A model generated the notes under the pieces. It was not told the DNA's origin, did not search any database, and saw only the letters and a program-made list of their open reading frames with translations. A DNA stretch of 33,740 nucleotides from a virus (lineage: Duplodnaviria; Caudoviricetes). Below are positions 27,793 to 33,740 of the stretch, one piece after another. The DNA is taken from positions 1-33,740 of IMG/VR virus record IMGVR_UViG_3300030330_004178; one strand, 5' to 3'. A program made the translations under genes and the position numbers. The stretch's first letter is position 1, and each line of letters starts with the position of its first letter.

Positions 27793-27794
27793 TT

Positions 27795-28148
27795 ATGAGC
27801 AAAACAGTTTATATAATTCAAGAACTTCCAGGTACAAAGATAGGGGTTCCAAAATACAATATTATGGGTGCATCAAAGTTTGGTGACTTAAAAACTTTAT
27901 TACCAGAAAATTCACAAATAATAATGTCACCAGGGCCACTGATATTCAAACTTAGAAAGCTTCTAAAAAACTTTACTGAAGAAGATTATTTACTACTTAC
28001 AGGCGATCCTGCCATAATTGGTGTGGCTTGCTCTATTGTATCTGATATTACAAATGGAAAATTTAATTTTTTAAAATGGGATAGACAAGAAAAAATGTAT
28101 TATCCAATAAAAGTAAATCTATATGAAAAAGGTGAGATTGAAGATTAA
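27795..28148 (+). CDS. Conserved hypothetical protein (117 aa)
   Basis: DYLLLTGDP...LKWDRQ..YYP; first gene of the rightward replication unit. Confidence 0.75.
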   Translation: MSKTVYIIQELPGTKIGVPKYNIMGASKFGDLKTLLPENSQIIMSPGPLIFKLRKLLKNFTEEDYLLLTGDPAIIGVACSIVSDITNGKFNFLKWDRQEKMYYPIKVNLYEKGEIED

Positions 28149-28150
28149 TC

Positions 28151-28178
28151 TTGACATAGGATTTTATATAATTATAAA
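28151..28178 (+). promoter_or_regulatory. sigma70-like promoter
   Basis: TTGACA-16 bp-TATAAA in the intergenic gap; contains the ATAGGATTTTAT box. Confidence 0.65.
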
Positions 28179-28200
28179 GAGTATACGAAAGGAGAAATAG

Positions 28201-28821
28201 ATGGCAACAATTAAAACAGATGGAAAAACATTTTTAGAAGAAAATGAAAAGAGAAATGCAACTTCTTCTGGAATGATAAACTTTGAGGAGGATCAAAGAG
28301 AAGATCTAAACTCAGTTGGTGATGCAAAGTCATTATCAGATCAGGTCGTTAAACTAAAAAAATTAGAAGACGATCTTGTAGAAAAAGAAAAAGAATTAAA
28401 AGAACTGAAGAGACATATCGAATTAGTTTCTGGTGAGGTTATACCTACCATGATGCAAGAGATGAATATCTCTACATTAAAACTAGCTGATGGATCTTCT
28501 GTAGAAGTAAAACCGATTTATGGTGCCTCAATATCTCCTGCAAAAAAGGAGGAGGCATTTGACTGGCTTCGTAATCACGGTCTAGGTGATCTTATTAAAA
28601 ATGAGATTACAGTTTCCTTTGGTCGTAACGAAGATAACAAGGCAATTGCTTATGCAAACCTTGCACAAGGTCAAGGATTTCAACCTGTCCAGAAGTTAAA
28701 GGTTGAACCTATGACACTTAAAGCTTTAGTCCGTGAGCGTCTTGAGTCTGGACAAGAGATGCCCACGGAACTATTTAACGTGTTCGCAGGAAACCGAACC
28801 AAAATCACAAGGAGTAAATAA
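28201..28821 (+). CDS. Conserved replication-module protein (206 aa)
   Basis: AAAGGAG SD; coiled coil, then AFDWLRNHGLGDLIKN and VEPMTLKALVRE. Confidence 0.75.
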   Translation: MATIKTDGKTFLEENEKRNATSSGMINFEEDQREDLNSVGDAKSLSDQVVKLKKLEDDLVEKEKELKELKRHIELVSGEVIPTMMQEMNISTLKLADGSSVEVKPIYGASISPAKKEEAFDWLRNHGLGDLIKNEITVSFGRNEDNKAIAYANLAQGQGFQPVQKLKVEPMTLKALVRERLESGQEMPTELFNVFAGNRTKITRSK

Positions 28822-28823
28822 CG

Positions 28824-29588
28824 ATGAGCAAAGAACCAATAAAGAAGGCGAATGGGTCATTGGCGATGAGCAACTTTGAAGCAGACGCAAACATGGGAAT
28901 GGGTAATCTAACTCAAGATGATTTAGCATTACCATTTCTAAAAATACTTGGTCAACTATCTCCAGAGGTAAACAAAAGAGATGGCAAGTATGTAGAAGGG
29001 GCACAACCTGGGATGATATTTAATTCAGTAACAGGCGATCTCTTCGATGGTGAAAAAGGTGTAAAGATTATACCTTGTCACTATAAGTTGGAGTATGTTG
29101 AATGGAGAGATAGGGGTAAAGATGGATCTGGTGCGCCAGTAAATATTTATCCTTCTTCTTCAGACATCATGACAAAGACTACAAGAGGGGCAGACTTTAA
29201 AGATAGATTACAAAATGGTAATTATATCGAGAAGACTGCGCAGCACTTTGTAATTGTTGTTGGGTCTATTCCTACAACAGCTTTGATTGCTATGAAATCT
29301 ACTCAATTAAAAATTAGTAGAAAATGGAATAGCATGATGCAAAGTATCAAACTCAAGGGTAAGAATGGTATGTTCACCCCTGCTTCTTTTAGTCACGAAT
29401 ACTTATTAAAGACTAATCAACAATCAAATGACAAAGGTAGTTGGTTTGGATGGGAGATAAGTAAAGTCGGACCTGTAGAGAATGCAGATATCTATCACCA
29501 AGCAAAAAGTTTTGCTGAGAGCATTAGTAAAGGAGATGTTCAAGTAAAACATGGTGAAGAACAAACAAGTGAAGCATCACATTACTAG
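28824..29588 (+). CDS. Putative single-stranded DNA-binding protein
   Basis: 254 aa; DLALPFLKILGQLSPEV, NDKGSWFGW, acidic tail ending in an aromatic residue; upstream of primase. Confidence 0.5.
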   Translation: MSKEPIKKANGSLAMSNFEADANMGMGNLTQDDLALPFLKILGQLSPEVNKRDGKYVEGAQPGMIFNSVTGDLFDGEKGVKIIPCHYKLEYVEWRDRGKDGSGAPVNIYPSSSDIMTKTTRGADFKDRLQNGNYIEKTAQHFVIVVGSIPTTALIAMKSTQLKISRKWNSMMQSIKLKGKNGMFTPASFSHEYLLKTNQQSNDKGSWFGWEISKVGPVENADIYHQAKSFAESISKGDVQVKHGEEQTSEASHY

Positions 29589-29598
29589 AATCCTAGGT

Positions 29599-29632
29599 TA
29601 TGGGCGTGGAAGCGAGAGTGGAAACGCCCATA
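29599..29632 (+). other. Intergenic hairpin with GGAA/GGAA internal loop and GAGA tetraloop
   Basis: TATGGGCGT-GGAA-GC-GAGA-GT-GGAA-ACGCCCATA; no T-tract. Confidence 0.75.
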
Positions 29633-29642
29633 GAATATTCGC

Positions 29643-31277
29643 ATGGAAGATAAATTTGTTAAAATATTTGACGGATTAAAAAGAGATTATGGTTACGCAG
29701 AAATCAACAACGGATACAAAGACACAACAACAGGTAAGTTTAAAGTAAAACATGGTTGGGCAGGTAAACCTTTAACCAAATCTGATTACGTTGACCATCT
29801 CTCTGGTAAAAAATCTATAGGAATTCAACCTTGTGATGACAATGGCATGGTTAATTTTGGTGCTATAGATATAGATTCAAAAGCATATCAAGATTTTAGT
29901 CCTAGAAAATATTTAGAAATAATTCAAAAAAATAATTTACCAGTAATACCAGTTAAATCTAAAAGTGGTGGATTACATTTATACATACACACAAAAGAAA
30001 AAGTCAAAGCTAGTTTTTTAAGAAATTTTTTGGACAAACTATTATATACGTTAGAGTTGAATTCTACAACAGAAATATATCCTAAACAAACAGAACTTGG
30101 AACAGGATCCGATGGCAGTTTTACAAATGGTAATTTTATAAACTTACCATACTATAATAAAACAGAAAGAGTTGCATTAAATTTTGACGGACAAGAATTT
30201 TCTTTTGATCAATACATACAAGTTGTTGAAGCTAATTTAAAATCAGAAAAAGAATTAAATGACTTTATAGATGAACATATAAATAAAATATTACAAGGTG
30301 GAGCAGAAGAATTTAATGATGGCCCACCATGTTTACAAGCTATATCAAAAACAATTGACGACAGTAATAAACTACCAGATGAAAGAGATCGATTTTTATT
30401 TAACTATATGGTTTTTTCTAAAAAAAAATATCCAGATCTTTGGGAGAAAAAAGTTTTAGATGGCGCAAGAAAATATATTTTATATGATGAAGAGTGGGGA
30501 GATAAAAAAGTTTTAGATAAAATAAAATCTTGGAGAAAACCAACAGCAGGACATCTCTGTGATCAAGATCCTATTAGAAATTTTTGTATAAAATCAGAGT
30601 GTGCAAAAAGACAATTTGGTTACATGTCAGATAAACAAAAGAAATTTCCACAGTTATCAGCTTTAATTAGAATTGATTATATACCAGAACCAGAGTTTAG
30701 ATTTACAGTTCATTTTAATGACAAACAAGATGGAGAAAAAAGTAAACAAGTTTTAGCTAGAGACGTAAATTATTTAATGGACATGGAAAAATGCAGAAGG
30801 TTGATAGCATCACATACACCAATAGCACCACCAAGAATAAAACAAGATGAATTTCAAACAATCATAGAAAAATTAAAAGAGACTGAGACTGTGCAACCAC
30901 CTCCAGCTGGCACTTCTCCAAAAGAAATATTACAAAAATATTTAGAAGAACATATTCATGGAGTCCCTGCAATTAGTGCTACGTCATTTAGTAGTGGATC
31001 TGTTTTAAAAGAAGATGGCTTTGCATATTTTACTATGGAGGTATTTTTTAATTATTTAAAAAATAAAGAATGGAAGATGAAATATGAAAAAACTGGTAGA
31101 ATGTTAATAGAAGAATTTAAAGCAGAACTAGGTTACTTAAAAAGATATCCTAAAAAAGATACAGACAAAAAATCTCATAACCCAATACGGTGTATAAAAA
31201 TACCTCTTTCTTTTTTTGAAAGAGATGAAGAGGATGTTGAAATTATAGATATGAAAAACAAGGGCGATATTTTATGA
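29643..31277 (+). CDS. Archaeo-eukaryotic-type primase (prim-pol) with Cys-containing domain
   Basis: AEP motifs FGAIDID, SKSGGLHLY, GNFINLPY; GPPCL...HLC...FC...EC. Confidence 0.8.
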   Translation: MEDKFVKIFDGLKRDYGYAEINNGYKDTTTGKFKVKHGWAGKPLTKSDYVDHLSGKKSIGIQPCDDNGMVNFGAIDIDSKAYQDFSPRKYLEIIQKNNLPVIPVKSKSGGLHLYIHTKEKVKASFLRNFLDKLLYTLELNSTTEIYPKQTELGTGSDGSFTNGNFINLPYYNKTERVALNFDGQEFSFDQYIQVVEANLKSEKELNDFIDEHINKILQGGAEEFNDGPPCLQAISKTIDDSNKLPDERDRFLFNYMVFSKKKYPDLWEKKVLDGARKYILYDEEWGDKKVLDKIKSWRKPTAGHLCDQDPIRNFCIKSECAKRQFGYMSDKQKKFPQLSALIRIDYIPEPEFRFTVHFNDKQDGEKSKQVLARDVNYLMDMEKCRRLIASHTPIAPPRIKQDEFQTIIEKLKETETVQPPPAGTSPKEILQKYLEEHIHGVPAISATSFSSGSVLKEDGFAYFTMEVFFNYLKNKEWKMKYEKTGRMLIEEFKAELGYLKRYPKKDTDKKSHNPIRCIKIPLSFFERDEEDVEIIDMKNKGDIL

Positions 31278-31663
31278 TGAGAGATGATCTCATGGTTCAA
31301 CAGCAGGTAAAGAACAAGTGGCAGCATATGGTGGGTGTTATCTGTCTTAATCAGACAGGACGCAAGAAGGTGAAGAAAATACTACCACCTTTTTTTAAAA
31401 AATTTCCCACTCCAGAGGTATTATTGCAGTCAAATATTAATGTAATTGCAACACTTTTAGAAGAATTAGGTATGAAATATGTACGATCTCAGAGGATCTG
31501 GAGGATGTCTGAGGACTATCTAAAATGGGATGGTGAAGACGCAACACAACTATTTGGTATCGGTAAGTATGGTAGCGATAGCTACGAAATATTTTATAAG
31601 AACAGGATACCAGAAAATGTGCAGGACAAAGAATTGAAAAGATATATCAAGGAGGAAATGTGA
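31274..31663 (+). CDS. MBD4-like HhH-GPD DNA glycosylase (catalytic domain only)
   Basis: VQ, W, ICLNQT, KFPTPE, LLEELG, SEDYL, LFGIGKYGSDSYEIF, QDKELKRY are colinear with the recalled human MBD4 domain (LHGIGKYGNDSYRIF...EDHKLNKY). Confidence 0.85.
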   Translation: MMRDDLMVQQQVKNKWQHMVGVICLNQTGRKKVKKILPPFFKKFPTPEVLLQSNINVIATLLEELGMKYVRSQRIWRMSEDYLKWDGEDATQLFGIGKYGSDSYEIFYKNRIPENVQDKELKRYIKEEM

Positions 31664-33093
31664 TAAAAAAATTTTATGGTCCTCCCGGTACAGGTAAGAC
31701 GGAAAAATTAATTAGAAGGGCTTTAGCTTACGTTAGATCTGGCACACCAGTAAAAAAAATAGGATATTTTGCGTTTACAAAAAAAGCAGCCAATACTGCA
31801 AAGGAAAGAATGTTAAATAAAAATAGACAGTTTCAAAAAAAAGATCTTAGATATTTTCAAACACTACATTCTTTAGCTTTTCACACATTAGGATTAAAGG
31901 AAGAAAATGTAATGCAAGATTATCATTATGATGATCTTGGAAAAACTTTAAGTATAAGTGTTAAGGCAAAAAGAGATATGGATTCTTCTCCATATCTAAC
32001 TTGTGACAATGAATATTTTCAAATTATAATTAAATCTAGAGAAAAAAATATAGAGGTTTGGGATGAATATTGCACAGGGGAATATAGTAAAGATATTAAA
32101 CCAAATATTTTAAAACACATTGCAGCTAATTATATTAAATATAAATACAGCAATAATTTAATTGATTTTACCGATATGATTCATCAATTTATAGAGAAAA
32201 AAGATTTATGCCCTAAATTTGATGTAGTGTTCATTGATGAAGCACAAGATTTATCTCCAATACAGTGGATGATGTACGACATATTAAAAGCAAATACTAA
32301 CGATATGTATCTTGCAGGAGACGATGATCAAGCCATATATGCATGGGCAGGTGCAGATGTAGACAGGTTTATAAAAGAACCTGCAACAGAAATAGTCTTA
32401 AAAAAATCAAGAAGAGTGCCCGTAAAAATACAAGAAATATCAAACATTGTAGTGAGTCGTATAGAGGGATTAAGAGCGGATAAATTATATTATCCGAAAA
32501 ACGAAGATGGATCTTACGTAAAAATTAATAATTTAAATAACGTAGACCTATCAAAAGATAACTGGTTAATCTTAACTAGAACAATAAATAAATCTATTGA
32601 GATATCAAAAGAGATTAAAACAAAAGGTTTTTTCTTTGAAAATAAATTTATTAAAAGTTTAAATACTAAACTGCATAAAGCAGCTATTTATTATTCTAGA
32701 TGGTCTGAGGGACAAGATTTAGAACAAACACAAAAAGAAGATGTTGAAGACTATATGTCAGAGGATAATTGGAACGAACTAGTCCCTTGGTATGAGGCTT
32801 TTGATAAAGCGAATCTCGAAGATAAAAATTACATTAGAATGCTTCTATCAAACAAAGAAAAATTAACAGAGGATCCAAGAATAAAAATATCTACGATTCA
32901 TGCAGCAAAAGGTGGAGAATGTGAGAATGTAATATTAGTATTGGATAACGCTAGGAAAATTAGAGAAGCTGTGTTAAAAAGTAGTAAAAAAAGAGATGAA
33001 GAACACAGAGTTTGGTACGTAGGAATTACTCGTAGTAAAAATAATTTGTATTTAATGCGAGCTAAAATAGAAAGGCATGGTTATAATTTATGA
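31660..33093 (+). CDS. UvrD/Rep-like SF1 helicase
   Basis: GPPGTGKT, DEAQD, GDDDQAIY, STIHAAKGGE, YVGITR. Confidence 0.92.
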   Translation: MIKKFYGPPGTGKTEKLIRRALAYVRSGTPVKKIGYFAFTKKAANTAKERMLNKNRQFQKKDLRYFQTLHSLAFHTLGLKEENVMQDYHYDDLGKTLSISVKAKRDMDSSPYLTCDNEYFQIIIKSREKNIEVWDEYCTGEYSKDIKPNILKHIAANYIKYKYSNNLIDFTDMIHQFIEKKDLCPKFDVVFIDEAQDLSPIQWMMYDILKANTNDMYLAGDDDQAIYAWAGADVDRFIKEPATEIVLKKSRRVPVKIQEISNIVVSRIEGLRADKLYYPKNEDGSYVKINNLNNVDLSKDNWLILTRTINKSIEISKEIKTKGFFFENKFIKSLNTKLHKAAIYYSRWSEGQDLEQTQKEDVEDYMSEDNWNELVPWYEAFDKANLEDKNYIRMLLSNKEKLTEDPRIKISTIHAAKGGECENVILVLDNARKIREAVLKSSKKRDEEHRVWYVGITRSKNNLYLMRAKIERHGYNL

Positions 33094-33335
33094 CAACAAA
33101 AGATATATTTGAGGAAGCATTTCCTCAATACACTCAAATAGGTGGGAATCACTATACTAAATTTCCTATTCAACCATATGAGTTTATTTCTAAAAACAAT
33201 CTTTCGTTTTTTCAAGGCAACGTAATTAAATACGTTTGTCGTTATCAACGAAAGGGAGGTGTTGAAGATCTAAAAAAGATAGTGCACTATTGTCAATTAG
33301 AAATGTTGAAAATGAAAGATGCAAAGAAAACTTAA
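33090..33335 (+). CDS. DUF3310-family protein
   Basis: QIGGNHY...IQPYEFI...FFQGNVIKYVCR...EDLKKIVHY. Confidence 0.8.
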   Translation: MTTKDIFEEAFPQYTQIGGNHYTKFPIQPYEFISKNNLSFFQGNVIKYVCRYQRKGGVEDLKKIVHYCQLEMLKMKDAKKT

Positions 33336-33740
33336 AGTATTAGATTTATTTTCTGGCATAGGAGGATTTGCATTAGGTTTAGACTCTACAGGAATATTTG
33401 AGACTGTAAAATTTGTAGAGAAAGATAAATACTGTAAGAAAGTTTTACAAAAAAACTTTCCTAACATACCGATTGAGGAGGATATAAAAGATGTTAAAGG
33501 AAAAGAAGGAGACGCAGATGTCATTGTGGGAGGATTCCCCTGCCAACCAATGTCAGTCGCAGGTAAAAGAAAAGGAACAGATGACGACCGCTATCTCTGG
33601 CCAGAAATGTTTAGACTCATTAGGGAGATCAAACCCCAATTCATTATTGGGGAGAATGTGCAAGGAATTATTAACATCCAAAACGGCATGGTACTCAGAC
33701 AGGTGCAAGACGACTTGGAAAGTGAAGGTTTCGAAGTCCA
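33319..33740 (+). CDS. DNA (cytosine-5) methyltransferase, 3'-truncated (missing from track)
   Basis: MQRKLKVLDLFSGIGG (motif I), GGFPCQPMS (motif IV catalytic Cys), GENV (motif VI); open to the window end. Confidence 0.95.
   Translation, partial: MQRKLKVLDLFSGIGGFALGLDSTGIFETVKFVEKDKYCKKVLQKNFPNIPIEEDIKDVKGKEGDADVIVGGFPCQPMSVAGKRKGTDDDRYLWPEMFRLIREIKPQFIIGENVQGIINIQNGMVLRQVQDDLESEGFEV

Noticed and set aside
28771-29004. 77-aa minus-strand ORF
   Set aside because: Antisense to two coupled replication genes
33297-33524. 75-aa minus-strand ORF
   Set aside because: Antisense shadow of the C5 methyltransferase

Overview
The window is a fragment of an AT-rich tailed dsDNA phage genome. Gene content and order resemble uncultured marine podoviruses of the SAR11/pelagiphage type (recalled as HTVC023P-like); the host is inferred, not shown. 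From left to right it holds: a head module with a Mu-gpT-like major capsid protein; neck, tail and fibre genes; an inserted divergent island of six 2OG-Fe(II) oxygenases; a tail nozzle/stabilisation protein; large internal-virion (ejection) proteins; a small membrane protein; and a replication module. That module has an SNF2-type helicase, an SSB-like protein, an AEP primase, a UvrD-type helicase, DUF3310, and a C5 cytosine methyltransferase cut by the window end. Four ORFs absent from the supplied track were added (2-367, 16625-16789, 17130-17300, 33319-end). Most notable: (1) a stand-alone MBD4-like HhH glycosylase next to the C5 methyltransferase, a candidate phage 'methylate-and-repair' pair; (2) a promoter-driven, multiply pseudoknotted leader RNA that can pair with a Shine-Dalgarno site (2491-2561, possibly the Mu-gpT-DE motif); (3) the oxygenase array beside Gly/Pro-rich fibre genes; (4) repeat-bounded 'DGGR' modules in the ejection proteins; (5) a shared ATAGGAYWWTAT box in three promoters. 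All family calls come from motif recognition by eye; no searches were run.
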